Below, piece by piece: positions 1-12,326 of a stretch of DNA of 64,000 bases. Every line of letters starts with the position of its first letter. Position 1 is the first letter of the stretch. Source of the stretch: Harriotta raleighana (Eukaryota); the NCBI GenBank assembly GCA_050575255.1, contig JBNZDD010013718.1, positions 2,968,113 to 3,032,112 on the forward strand, written 5' to 3'. The notes beneath the pieces were generated by a model. It was not told the DNA's origin and did not search any database. It saw only the letters and a list, made by a program, of their open reading frames with translations. The position numbers and the translations under genes are program-made.

Positions 1-315
1 TACCCCCCTCAACACATCTGATATTTAGCGTTCTACTAACAAATAGAGATTATAAGAATGAATGAATGAAACAGTGATAACATTGTGAGGAATCATTTTT
101 TTTAATAAAGCTTTCTTAAAAACTTTTTGGTCTTCTGCAGCAACATTCACAAATCCCACCCCTTTCCCAACTGTCTAGCTACTAAAAGAGCTATTCATAT
201 CACTTGTTTCTGCCAACATGCACTTTTCTGTATAGCTTGGTTGCATTCAGCATCTCATCCATCCCTCACAGTGTCTCTCTGGACACAGTTATCAGTACTG
301 TTCAGCCTTGTCGAG

Positions 316-745
316 AACAATAACAACAACATTACAATTACAGAGCACCTTTCATGGCGGGAGTACTAGATGCTGAACAGTTAGAGGTCGGGACCCGAGC
401 ATAGGGGAGGGGCAGGCTTTGTGGGGAGGGGAGGGAGAGAGGTGGGAGGGCAGTTGAAGGCACAATCGAAAAGGAGGGTCCTGAGACTAACTGTGAATGA
501 GGCAAGGGAGTAAGCGAGGCGAAGGGACCGTCGGATGGAGTTCCAGCGTGTGGGGGAAGAATAGCTGAAAGCCCAGCCACCTATGGTAAGGCGGGTCAGG
601 TGGGAGACATGGAGCAGACTGGAGCCAGTTGAATGGAGGAGTTGGGCAAATTGGTAGGGACTCAACAAGTCAGAGAGATAGGAATGGACAAGGCCATGGA
701 TGGCCTTGAAAGTGAGGACAAGGATAGCACTTGGAAGTGCTATCA
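316..745 (-). mobile_element. L2-clade LINE 3' fragment (ORF2 C-terminus plus 3' UTR and (TTG)n-like tail)
   Basis: ORF 381..746(-) reads LTFKAIHGLVHSYLSDLLSPY...GGWAFSYSSPTRWNSI...SLASFTVSLRTLLF, typical of the L2 ORF2 C-terminus. It is followed by a pyrimidine-rich UTR and a tail seen as aacaataacaacaac on +. Confidence 0.9.
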
Positions 746-1565
746 TTGCTTGATTTTTTCTGTGGCTTCATGGAATATCACTGACATAGACACTTCACAT
801 CCTCTCTGGAATCCCCTGAACAACATTTTCCATTCTATCGCACACACGTTCTTTCCCTTTTAATCTTTCTCGCCTTCAATAAAAGCAAAGTTCATTCCGC
901 CAATTGCTATCACCACCCAGAACCCTAAGTTTTGAAATCAACCTCATCGCTCCTTGAAACATCTGACTTGCACTGATGCTATTTTGAGGGTTGGATGCAC
1001 ACTCAGTATTTCAAAATGACTTTACTAATGATCTATACAAGGCCAGAATAACTTGTTTCGACTTATAGTCAAATATGCTTTAGGTGTGTTCTTGTGATTG
1101 ATTAGCTTTGTTGACAATGGCTTAGCATTGACTGAAAATTACCAGTAATGATCAGTAATCACTATGCGATCCTTTCCTTTCTGCCACTTCTTCATTGAAC
1201 AAACCAACATTTAATTGTTCGTTGCTCCATTTATGGGTTGGTCTCAAATCCATCTGCCTTTCCTTAACTCAGCCTAATTGCTCGAGATCTCTTTAAATGC
1301 CATTTCCTTCTTGAATAATTATGATTGGCAAGTGTGACTTTCTAACAAGAAATACTCAATCAGATTAATTTCCAAATAAGAATGTCACATCAGCAATCTA
1401 GAACAGGCACATGCAAGACTTCACTGCACACCCAGCTTTAGACAGAGCTGCTTCCAGTTTTCTAACCAGCCAGCTAATTGACCATTAATTCCACAAGCCT
1501 TAACTGACTCTTGAAGTCTTACATGGGAAATTCGATCAGATGCTTTCTGAACACATGAATAAATT

Positions 1566-1850
1566 ATATAATAATAATCCTTACATTCGACATAGCGCCA
1601 TTCATGTCAGACGAACAACTCAAAACGCTCTACGGGTTAGACTGGAAGTTGCAGTGAATGTGTATGTTTGTGGGCAAATGCGACAATCAATTTGTGCAGA
1701 CTGTAGGACAGCACAGTTGGTTTAATGACCCATTTGTAGGACAGCACTTTCAACAATGTAGAGCTACCCCAATACTATACTGGAATGTATAGTATTGGGG
1801 TAGTTATAGTGGGTTATAGTTTTAAGGACTTGAACCAACAAATGGGATAG
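1566..1850 (-). mobile_element. Degenerate Deu-domain SINE (SacSINE1/AmnSINE1-like), internally deleted
   Basis: taataatcctt...catagcgcc tail at 1566, then ggtttaatgacccatttgtaggacagcactttcaacaatgtagagctaccccaatactatactggaatgt resembling the reverse complement of the Deu domain, then ggacttgaacc (B-box region). Confidence 0.7.
1764..1803. repeat. Perfect inverted repeat, 17-bp arms, 6-nt loop
   Basis: ctaccccaatactatac (1764-1780), loop tggaat, gtatagtattggggtag (1787-1803). Confidence 0.95.
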
Positions 1851-2063
1851 CCTGACACACAAACCATCTAACTCGAGAATTGTCACTGAATTGGTGTTTT
1901 AAACAAAATCATTAAACGGACAGTGGAAAAGAAATATCTATCAATAGATATAAATGTTAGTCACCAACAAATGCTATTATAAATGACTTAATAAGCGACT
2001 GGAATTTTTTTTCACTTTTCCTAAATTCCGCAGTTATTTCATCTCCATTACATCATTAGGCTT

Positions 2064-2136
2064 AACAGTCAATCCTATGAAGCACTTTGAGACAATGTTA
2101 AGGGTGCTGCATCAAATTCAAGGATTATTATTATTT
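2064..2136 (+). mobile_element. 5'-truncated SINE 3' tail
   Basis: gaagcactttgagac...tcaaattcaaggattattattatt matches the tail of the full-length copies in this window. Confidence 0.75.
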
Positions 2137-2886
2137 CCGTTGAATAGTTGCGCTATCAGTAATATTGCAAAAAGAAACAGTAATCCAAATGGATTACTGT
2201 GCATTAAATGCCGTGTACTGAATTCTGTGAGAGTCTCTGATATGAAAAGTGTGACCTTATGAACTTTGGCAGTCAAATAATATCAATGTTTAAAGATAAT
2301 GACAATGGAACCAGTGGGGAAAGGGATGTGTCAGGATGATTATTTGAAGACTAATTAACTGCTTGTGTATCTGAAAGATGATTAAATATTTGGCATAGAT
2401 TCATCAGAAGTGGTGATCCAATGTCATTACTCCTCCCAAGAACTAGTCCGATCTGCTGACACAATCATGTTTATATTAAAGTAGGGTGAAGACATGCTTT
2501 GTGTTAACTTTCTGTGGCTCTCTACTTAGCCTATTCAGTTACATTTCTCGGTTATTTCCTTTACTTAAAAGTACCAGCGCACCCTCATCAGTATAGGACA
2601 TATGTATTCTGCAGGATTAATACATATATAGGAATAAATTATGATCCTTATGTTCTTCTTTCATTGCAGTTCTCACACAATAATTACTTTACTATGATCT
2701 CTAAAATGAAACCAATCATTGACATTCAGTATCTTCAAAATGATGCTGCAATTTGTTCGTATTATAAATGCACGTTCTAACATGTTGTGAAACATGCTGT
2801 GTGGAGTGGGTAGGCAACAACAACAGGCAACAAATTGTGTTTAAATTGTGTTTTTCACCTCGGGGGGACCTCCCAAAGCACTAGAT

Positions 2887-2958
2887 AACGCTTTGAGACG
2901 TCGATCAGATGTGGAAAGTGCTATATAAATGTAAGGATTATTATATATTTATTATTAT
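2887..2958 (+). mobile_element. 5'-truncated SINE 3' tail
   Basis: aacgctttgagacgtc...aaagtgctatataaatgtaaggattatta. Confidence 0.8.
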
Positions 2959-3734
2959 AGTGAAGGAGGTGCAACCCAAGTAGAGCAGTAGTATTCTTTT
3001 GAACACTGTAACATGGTGGGAACATTAGGTTGCTTGCTCCAAGTGGAATAAAGTTAGGGGAAAAGTGCACAAATTCATTTAGTGATGGCACCAGAAGCAG
3101 CGTTGGGTAAAGACAATGCTGGAGAGAGAGAGAGAGAGAGAATATAGTTTTGATACACAGCATTTGATATATTAAGTACTATATTATGATGAGTGAATTC
3201 AATCCTAATAGCCCATTTGGTTATCCTTGGAAATACCCACTTCTAATTTACGGTAAAAACAAAGTACAGCATTGAGAAATAATTAACAGGGGCAAGGCAT
3301 TGTGTGCTTTATCTGGGGAAGTGTGTCTACAGGCGGCTGAGTAGGTCTCCAGAGGTTAGAGTGCAGGAATGGGAAGTGCAGCTTCTAGAAACCAGGGTGG
3401 TACTGTACTTGACTGGCTAGCAACAAACAGGACATTTTGTGGCATAAATTTACCAATCAGAAGCAGCAGTCAGTCATAATGGGATGAAAAATAGATTAGA
3501 TTTCTTAAATTCTTATTTTGAGTGTTTGTTTTTAAAAACAGAGTAATTGCAGTTTACTGTAATCTGTGAAATGGAGCCAATCATTGTCATGCAATGTCTG
3601 CAAAAGGCACTGAGATTTAAGGCGATGTTCAAGGAAATTGAGGGAATTAAATCCCATGTTCTATAGACAATTAAATACCTTTGAAGTTATTGATAAATGT
3701 GTGCTGCAAAATGGCCTGTTTGGTGCCAGGCAGA

Positions 3735-3870
3735 GCCAGGGACCACAAATTGGCTGCCTTGTTCGGCTACAAATACACAGTCTCTAAACTTCACAGTGAA
3801 TCCGGTGAAATACTTTGAGAGATTCTGTTCAAAGTGATGAGATGCATTATCAAGTGTACGCATTAATACT
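3735..3870 (+). mobile_element. 5'-truncated SINE 3' half
   Basis: cacaaattggctgcc...ctacaaatacacagtc...gtgaaatactttgaga matches the shared SINE 3' half. Confidence 0.7.
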
Positions 3871-3959
3871 ATTAGGGGCAGATTTGCAGTATAAGTGGAT
3901 ATAGCGCATTGAGCGCACATACTATCTGCGAGTACCCGCTCATTCCTGTTTCTTTCTCC

Positions 3960-4440
3960 TTTTCTTGTGTCACTTCTTGGTTCTCAACAAGTCCCAGGGA
4001 GGAATAATGGAGATATCTTGTGTGAATGTTTGCTGATCAGGATAGGTGAGATTTGTGGTAATACCATAGCTGATGTGCTTATGTAAAGAAAGAAAGAAGT
4101 CAGGACAGTGAAAGGTGGGAGCACAAATTAGGTAAGAAAAGGCAATCTGTGAGAAGGAAGTAGATAGTCTTCAAGAGAGAAAGAGAGAGTGAGATTAAAT
4201 AGAAGACATTATTTCACACTCCTTCAGTAATCAGCTCTGTACTGTGGGACATTGATGACTGTAAGGTGTTGGGATAGTGGCAGAAGCTATGCTTACATAA
4301 CTTCCAATAATTCCAACAGTGCTGTGTGGTACCCATGAACCAATGCCGAAAATGTCATAGGTGTAATATAAAGGCTAGTTAGATAGTCAGAGATCATTGT
4401 TATGTGACTGTGGGTTATCAAAGGATGATTAATAGCAGAA
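3960..4440 (-). mobile_element. Possible highly decayed L2-like LINE interior fragment
   Basis: Purine-rich on + with L2-like phrases (gagagagtgagatt, gggacattgatgactg, gtcagagatcattg). No intact ORF. Confidence 0.35.
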
Positions 4441-5025
4441 GTTTTGGTGCAAAAGCAGCCCAAGTTACTTATCAAACTGCAGCTGAAAAGAATCCATTAG
4501 TTGTATAAGTGAACCGGTTTCCCTTAACAGAAAAGTACCACCCCAGAAATGAATGAAAAATCCTAAAAGCGAATGATCCATCGTAAACCCAATTTGCTCT
4601 TATCCAACTTGCTCTCAAGTGCAGTAGTCAGTATTCAGTTCCAACAATCGATGCTGCCGCAGTAATGACAGTAGATGCATCACTTTGCACTAAATATTGC
4701 GATAACTAGGTGCAGCTAAGGTCAAGCCTACATTGTCATATAAAAACATGTGGGGGACTAATTTATATCTGAATTCATCCTTTGGTTAAAAGGTCACGCA
4801 TGTACAATTGGCCACAGCATTTACAGATACATGGAGCCAGCATTAAAGCTAATCATTTAATCAGCCGTGGAAAACTAAAAGTAAGCAGTGAAACCTAGGT
4901 CTCCATAACAACCATAGCACATCTCTATTTAAAAAGATGAAAGTCATGAAGCTTAGAAATACACGAACAAAACCCACAGAGGGTTTATGCCACTGTGTTC
5001 CATGTGCGAGCAACTGACAGGAGCT

Positions 5026-5215
5026 AATAATAATAATGATATAATAATAATATTCCTTGCATTTGATGTACAGCACCTTCCACACTGGGAGGATGTCTTA
5101 AATCCCTTCACAGGATTTACTGGAAAGTGTAGTGACAATATTTTGAAGGTGAGCGCAGCAGTTAATTTTGCACACGACAATGTCTCACAAACAGCCACAA
5201 AGTGAATGACCAAAT
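5026..5215 (-). mobile_element. 5'-truncated SINE 3' half
   Basis: (TAA)n, then ttccttgcatttgatgtacagcacc...cttcacaggatttactg...cacaaacagcca, the reverse complement of the SINE 3' half. Confidence 0.85.
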
Positions 5216-5554
5216 TTATCTTGAGTAGTGTAACTATATGTAGGCTGCAAGTAAAATATTCTTGGTGGTCAATGTGTTTCATTTACATATTCAGTCCAAT
5301 AGAGGCTTTTTATTTTTATGTTTTATAATAAAAACTGAATTTTTATCAAACAAAACAATTATTTTCAAATATTCCTATAATAGTAGGAATTGTTTTTATG
5401 CTTTAACATAGTCAGTTCATAGCCTTGAAGACTCAATGCTTAAGACTCGATGTTTAATGTCAATATAAAAACGAAACGACGTTGACCCCATTCTTATAAA
5501 CACAATATCATACATGACTTTCATCCTAAACTTTTCATTCTGGATTAGTTGTAC

Positions 5555-6030
5555 TGTATTAGTGCAGTCCAATACAATGCTGGGTGCCCTGCTTTGTTGG
5601 AGGTGCTGTCCTTCACATGAGATGTTAAACCGTGGAGCCATCTACTTGTTCAGGTGGATGTTATAGATCCCATTGCACTGTTTTCTCTCTGTGTTCTGGC
5701 CAGCAATCCCCCAGATAAATTGTTCCGTCCCTCCATGGTCATTTGTAGGACATTGCTGTGCGCAAATTGGCTGCAGGGTGCTTGCCCATAAGATACACAG
5801 TCAAATCTGCTTTCCAGCAATCCTGTAAATTATAACAATAATAATAATAATCCTTGCATTTGATAAAGTGCTTTATTACATCATTGATGCACCTCAAAGC
5901 ATTTCACGGAGTATACCTTGAAGTGAAGTGACGGCATATTTTGTGAGCGAAGCGCTTTGGAAAGTCCTCTTGCTGTGAAAAAAATCTGCTGCTGTATCAA
6001 ATGTAAGCATTATTATCATTATTATTATCT
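5555..6030 (+). mobile_element. Deu-domain SINE interrupted by an antisense SINE tail (5827-5948)
   Basis: ggaggtgctgtccttcacatgagatgttaaaccgtgg...caggtggatgttatagatcccattgcac is Deu-like. The tail breaks at atcctgt (5826) and resumes at gaagcgctttgg (5949). Confidence 0.85.
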
Positions 6031-6879
6031 GCTATAGGTCTGTAGATCACTTCATGGGCATTGAACTTAAAGCTGCTTGGATAAATTCACTGGCAGCATT
6101 CCTGGTTTGGAACCTGGTTTCAGCTTGCTGGTGTTACAATCAACCTGCTGGCATGGTATGATGTACATGACTGTTTCCTGCTGGTTTAGATTTGACATTG
6201 AGTTCTTGCAAAATGGCACCTTGCGGAGTCCATATAGTAAAACTGTAATGCAATTCTTAACAATTGTCTTCAGTTCAAAATTGTACGTATTTATTTCAAA
6301 TACAGTAGATGCCTTGATGGAGCAATAGCCCAGCAATAGCATGGATAACACTACACTGCGGGGGGGGCAACAGGACTTGGGATCAAAGATGAGCTTACCG
6401 ACACAGTGACTTTCCAGTATCAGCTGGTGCTGTGGAAGTGGAAGTGTTCTTTCCCCCAGGGATGAGGGAAATCAAAGGGAGATTCCACTTTGCCACTCTG
6501 CCCATCTATTGATTGATCAGAGCAGTACATGTCACAGTTCTGTTTGTGGCACTGGCTTACTGACCAGACTTGGACTGAGCCCGTGTGTGAGGGAGAGAAG
6601 CAAAGGCCAAGTCTAAACTGGAATAACTTAAAGAAATCTCAGTGTTGCGTAGTACGACTCGGTTGAGTTACAACAAGCCTCTTTCTTTGCAGGATCCATT
6701 GTTTCACACATCACGGGAGTAAATCAGCAAGCGGCACTTCACGACACATTCAAAGTGATAATTGTTATCAAACGCCTCTAAATCACCCCAATGGTGAGAC
6801 ACAGCGTGGCATCGACTAAGATTATTGGGCAAACTATTTTTTCTCTCTTGGCGCAGTTTTGAGTTGCAAACATGTGAGG

Positions 6880-7200
6880 ATTGATTAAGTGAAGTTAGGA
6901 ATTTTTAGAACATCGTGAAATCATAGGAAATTAAAGTCAAAGCTACAATCCAAAACACCCACAGTGCGAAGAAAATTGCTGATTGGGAATTGTTAGGACA
7001 GCAGGCATTATGCTGGATCCATTCAAATTTTCAAGACGGAGATGGAGAGACTTTGTTAGGTAACGTTATCAAAGGAAATGGGGCAGGGGTTGGGGGGTGG
7101 GGGTTAATTGCAATTGAGGTACACATCAGCCACAATCTTATATGAATGGCAGAACAGGCTCAAGGGGCTGAATGGCCTACATCTGTTCCTATGCTCCTCT
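6880..7200 (+). mobile_element. CR1-clade LINE 3' end
   Basis: atcagccacaatcttatatgaatggcagaacaggctcaaggggctgaatggcctac...gttcctatg resembles the chondrichthyan CR1 3' terminus as I recall it. Upstream ttcaagacggagatggagagact corresponds to the decayed ORF2 end (FKTEMERL). Confidence 0.85.
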
Positions 7201-10200
7201 ATCTGGGTTAACCTGCATTTTAAAAACTCATTCAATAGATTCAATCCAAAGTCCACATGCTAAAATGTATTGGCTTCAAGCTCTTTGACCCGTAAGAAGA
7301 GTAGCACATTGATGTGTTATGTCTTCAAACAAAATATTATTTTCAATATCTCAGATGTCAAACTGAGTGAATATTTACAAATGTGGTTTCAAGAGTCAAA
7401 ACACTCGATACAAATTACGGAAACGGTACCTTAACTAGATTAAGTCACTTGAAAGCCAGCCTGTGGGGATATGTGTTTCAGAAATAATATAGATTTAAGG
7501 AACGGACATAATCCACACTTAAATGTTTCAAACTTGAAAATAAACCTTTGCAAATCTTTGTAAACAGGGTTTAGTTGAACCACCAAACTTCAAAGGCAAA
7601 GAAGTATTTTTTTAATAATGGTCGAGGGTGAACCACAGCCAAGACCACACCAAGTGTGGTTCCACCAACAAACCTTTTGCGTTTAAAAAAAAAATCACAA
7701 AGCTTTAGCATGTCAGACAAATGTTATCGCACTGTTACAGTGCACGTGCTACTTGCTCCTTTCACGGCAAGAAAGGTTTGAAAAGCCACCACAATCGGGA
7801 GCTACGTTTGTTATGCCTTGAATTATCTGCACTATTTTTAATTTACGGAATTTAAATAATTGGCGCTTTCTAAACAGGCTGATGTCAACCGATTTCAAAT
7901 ATTAAAGACAGATCAGTATTTAACGGCAAAATATAAGTAGAATCTTGGGGTGTTTGTGCTGCTAAATCCTCCCCCCCACCCACCTCTCCTCCGATTTTTA
8001 TTATTTTCTTAAATAAGTGCTTATGTTGTCTTCGATGCTGATCAACAAAGGAGCAGTCTTCACTTGTAACCTCTCCCTGCTCCAGTCTGGAACATGACAC
8101 ATGTCAGCCAATGATAAATGGTTCCGTAGTGTGTGTAATTTCAGGCGGAATGCCCTTGAGATGTACAAACCCTCGCTCACAAATGCTACTGTGGGACTAA
8201 ACCCAAGAAGCTATTTTTTCTTGTTTTGATAAGAAACAAACAATAAAGATAAAATAAGCAAAACAAAAAAAAGTTATAAGGCCCCCCCCCAAACCCCCAC
8301 ATTCCGCCTTTCTTCTCACTGGGTTCAAAACCTTTGAGATTCACCCGTTATGGAACTGTGGCTATAGCCTCTCTTCCTTATGTTGCTCCTCAACTGAACA
8401 CCGCAAGCAGGTGAAGCATTAAATAATTGGTGAGAGCATATGTTTAAAGACGCTACTTAACACTTTAAAGAGAAAGGATTTTAATTTACGGCTCAAATCA
8501 TAAACTGCTCGAGATTGTGGGAACTTTCAAAGCATCCTATTTGTAATTTAAGATTTCGGTTAACATAGAAGGCACATCTTCAACTGTAAAGTGTCACACA
8601 AGCTCTTTATTTCAATGCTTGAAATAAATGTGTTGACACATCAAAGATTACAGATTAAGATATTAAAAAAAAATTGTGTAGCAGTGACACTGCCTTTTAC
8701 AGACATAGTTAATAAACAACTGTTATCTTCCAGAGCATGAAATAGGTCTATACCACTCCTTTAGTGAGCTGTGTGTAACTAGTGTTAAATCAAAGAATGT
8801 AGCATGACATTAAAGAGCTTAAATAATGCAGGCATTTCCTTTTTAGATGGAATATGGAAACTGTAGATTAGTAACAGTGATAGGTTGCGTTCTGACAGCG
8901 CAATGGATTCTGTGTTGTCTCCATTGCATTGTTTCTCATTTGCAGCTATTTGCATGCCAATTATTTTAAAACAAATATTGGGTTCCAGTTTTTTCCTTGA
9001 CAAATAGTCTGCAGGGTTTTAATTGGATCTAACCAGTTGCAAGAGCTATGAGGGTTAGAACGGAGACAGATGATGCCTTCAGAAGAAGCTGCAGGGTGCT
9101 TTGGTGCACATTTACCAATTACTGCATTATCCGTAATGCACTCTAAATTTTCTAAACACAGCACCAAAATACAAGCCACAGGCAAACAGGAAAGCAATAT
9201 CCTACTGAGCGTTAAAAAGAGATTTCATCGTGGGTGGATTTACTTTCTGCTTATCTACTTGTTCTATTAATTACTATTCTTTGACTGATGATTTCATTCC
9301 CGGTTGTGAAAATGTGGCACTGCATTTAAACAGAAATGAATGTACTGCCTGCGTCAGTAGATAGGAAAGGAACGGTGATACTCAAGCTTTTTTTTGTCTG
9401 TGTTGTTCCTTCCCAGTATCATTATAATTGCACAAACATTATCCCCCTCTGAGACCAAGGGCCCAATTTTCCTGTACTGGCATTAGCACAATCTGTATTT
9501 GCACTGACACACACTGTTTTTGTACGGGCAGCAGGTGTGATCACAAAGATAGGGTACAATTCCCCTCATTCCTGTTGAACTAGAATTCTTGCCTCTGGCC
9601 TGGATCAATAACCTTTTGAGTCTTGGTGCATCTACCAGCATTGATACAGGTTACCTGGTGTCATGAAGCACAGTGGTAGGACTTGAGGTGTCACCAATTC
9701 ATATTACTGGAAACACTGCTGCTTGTTTTGGTTTCCACTTTGTTGATTCACTTGGACATAAACCCTGAGCCAAGCTCATTGCAGTTGCTGGCTGTTGAGT
9801 AATAGGTGGACGGATTGGTTAATATATTGTTAGACTGGTTAGAAATTAGAAAGTGCAAGAAGTCCTGATCTCAATGGCATCTTGCAATCAAATCAACTCA
9901 CTTTGTAAGAAGTTGAAGGGAAATGTGTTTCCCCCCACCAGTTTATTAATGGAATAATGGAGTTTTATTCTATCTTTGCAGTGTTGACATTGAAAACTGT
10001 GATTGTGTGGTTTCAGACATTCGTGAAACAGACTAATTTTATTAATACTGTGAGCAGATAAGACTCCAACCTGACGATTTCTATTTGGGACTGTACTTTT
10101 CAGTGAGTGACTTCTGCAGGCAATAGCGTAGGCAATAATGGCATTGAAGATACCAAGACCTGCCACAACCCGTGCAGAATGTATTAAAAAGCTGCTTATT

Positions 10201-10644
10201 TGAAAAACAAATGTCAGCACAAAGGAATAATGAAACAGATGTTGACTGCAACCTAATGGTAAACAGTTACCCCTCAGGTTACAGAAGTGACCTTGTGTGT
10301 ATAATAATGTTCTCAGCCTTTGGGTTCAGACATTATAGCACATGCAGCCAGTTCTTTAACCCTCAGGTCAATATTTTACCACTATACTGCTTAACTGCAA
10401 TCCATAACCCTATGATACCCATGTCAAAATGATTGCAAAATTTATTTCTAATGTTCAAATGCTTTAAGTACCTATAGTTATTAATAGATGACCTGAATTG
10501 GAATCAAATGTAAATGTGAACTTCAGCGCACTCATTCATTTTTTGTGAGCTTCTAATTATATCTAAATATTATGATTTAAACCCCGTATTCATTGTACTG
10601 CTGTTGTTTTATCAATTTCTCTTGTAAGAATTCCACTCAAATTA

Positions 10645-10808
10645 AATTTGCCATTCGCTTCATGGCAGTTTGAGGGACATTTCTGTGCTCCTTCTGGCTG
10701 CAGTATTTGCCTACAAACACACACTAGGCTTCACTGTGAATCTCGTGAAGCGCTTTAAGTCTTCGTGCTGACTTAAAGGCACCGTAAAAAATGCAAAGAT
10801 TATTATCA
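10645..10808 (+). mobile_element. 5'-truncated SINE 3' half
   Basis: gtttgagggacatttctgtgc...gtgaagcgctttaag...aaatgcaaagattattat. Confidence 0.8.
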
Positions 10809-11414
10809 TGTTTAGCCAACATAGCAACAAAGCTCAGCAAATCGTAAAAAGTCTTTTTGACTGATTTAGAAAAGGTAAAGCTTTTCCACAGAATCACGGA
10901 ATTAATCCAGACCTTAAATAAGATGATTTTTATAACATTGTGATGCATCTCAAAAGAAATATCATAACCTCAAATAAAATCATACTCTGAGCTCCTTGAA
11001 ATAGTTCATGACTTTTCTGTGTTATAAGAAATAGAAGCAAAATAAATTGAGATGTTTGAGATAAAATCAATTTTTCTCCTACGTTTCTCTCTTGCGCTTA
11101 TTTTGATTGATGTGATGGCTTTTGGTTGTGCATCCAGGACACATGCCTTTGCTTACTCCAGCTGTGCTCACCTCATTTTGAAAGACTGCTCTATGTTCTA
11201 AACACAAAATAACGGTTTTAATGCCTTTTTTCAAAAAAACAGGCATTGAGAGGGTTTGGGTGTGTGTGGGTGTGGGTGTAATCAATGTAGAATTTGACTG
11301 CGTTGGAGTGGAGTTCCCTTGGGTTGCTGTGGTACATTTTTGGTTCCTGGCAAATATGTAGTAGACCTCAGTGTGCTATCATTCTATCCATACCAACAAA
11401 GATCCAAGTCTTCA

Positions 11415-11700
11415 GAGAGCTTGGTGGGTAAACATACTGTTCAATGTGGCATGGAGCCATGCAAACCAACAGGAATTTTATGATTGATCCCTGTGTTTTG
11501 ATGAGTTAGCCAATAAACTATGGCAGTAATGATGTGGAGGAGCAGAATGGTGGTGGAAGTGCTATAGTCAGCCTTAGCTGAGCCAAGAGGGGAAAAAATG
11601 GACAGAGTTCTTTGCCACGATGCCTGTGTAATGACCACTGCTGTGTGTATGAGTATCAGTGAAGACATGGTTGGACTCAGTTCTTGTGACCTCCCATTAC
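11415..11700 (+). mobile_element. LF-SINE-like ancient SINE
   Basis: gagccatgcaaacc...ttgatccctg...tgagttagc...gtgctatagtcagcctta...gaggggaaaaaatggacagagttc...atgaccactgctg...gtgaagacatggttggactcag follows the order of the recalled LF-SINE consensus. Confidence 0.6.
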
Positions 11701-12272
11701 CTCATAAGATCTTTGTCTCTCACTGTTCACACATCAGAATGATCATTTGGACAAGTTACCAAGTATGAATTTTCTGCATTCAGAAGTGCAGAGAGAAAAT
11801 CAGATGCAAATCTGGAGAGAGAAAGGGAACCTTTTAGAACTAAAATTTCCTCAACTTGATGAAGACAAAATGTACGACTAGAACGAAAGCTTTGCGGTCC
11901 TTGCTTTAGAATGCAGACCGAGTGAGAAGGAGAGACAGAGAGAGAACGGGGGAGAGAATAAGGGGCACACAGTAGAAATGAGCATGAAAACAAAATATTC
12001 ATTTCATTTGTTCATCCCTGCACTTTGATCATAAGCAACTCAAACTGAAAGAGATAATTTGATTAGCACTTGTAAAGAAGAGTTCACCAGTCAAAGGTTC
12101 ACTCCGGCACTATTAATAACTGGCTATTAAAACATTACCAATTCTCAGAGTAGAAAGAGATGCAGATTAACCTTAGTGAACACCACTACTTTTGTGGAGA
12201 AGGTGCCTTTTGCATTTGATTCTCTGGTACTGATAGCAGAATAGCCGTGGATTTTCCAGCTTGTTTTGAATT

Positions 12273-12326
12273 TATATATATATATAGAATATATATATAT
12301 ATAGAATATATATATATTATATAGAA
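12273..12326. repeat. Compound (TA)n microsatellite, about three units of (TA)n-GAA
   Basis: tatatatatatatagaatatatatatatatagaatatatatatattatatagaa. Confidence 0.95.

Noticed and set aside
284-302. miR-101-like string cagttatcagtactgt
   Set aside because: It is two bases short of the expected sequence and has no precursor hairpin.
381-746. 121-aa ORF as a host gene (likewise 39447..39677 and 49334..49612)
   Set aside because: These are decayed L2 ORF2 C-termini followed by L2 tails, not cellular genes.
3791-3808. miR-128-like string tcacagtgaatccggt
   Set aside because: It lies inside a SINE tail, mismatches the mature miRNA and has no hairpin partner.
7080-7104. G-quadruplex motif (also the G-rich tracts at 403-450 and 25300-25336)
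   Set aside because: These sit in CR1/L2 3' UTR remnants, where G-rich tracts are expected; there is no sign of a separate function.
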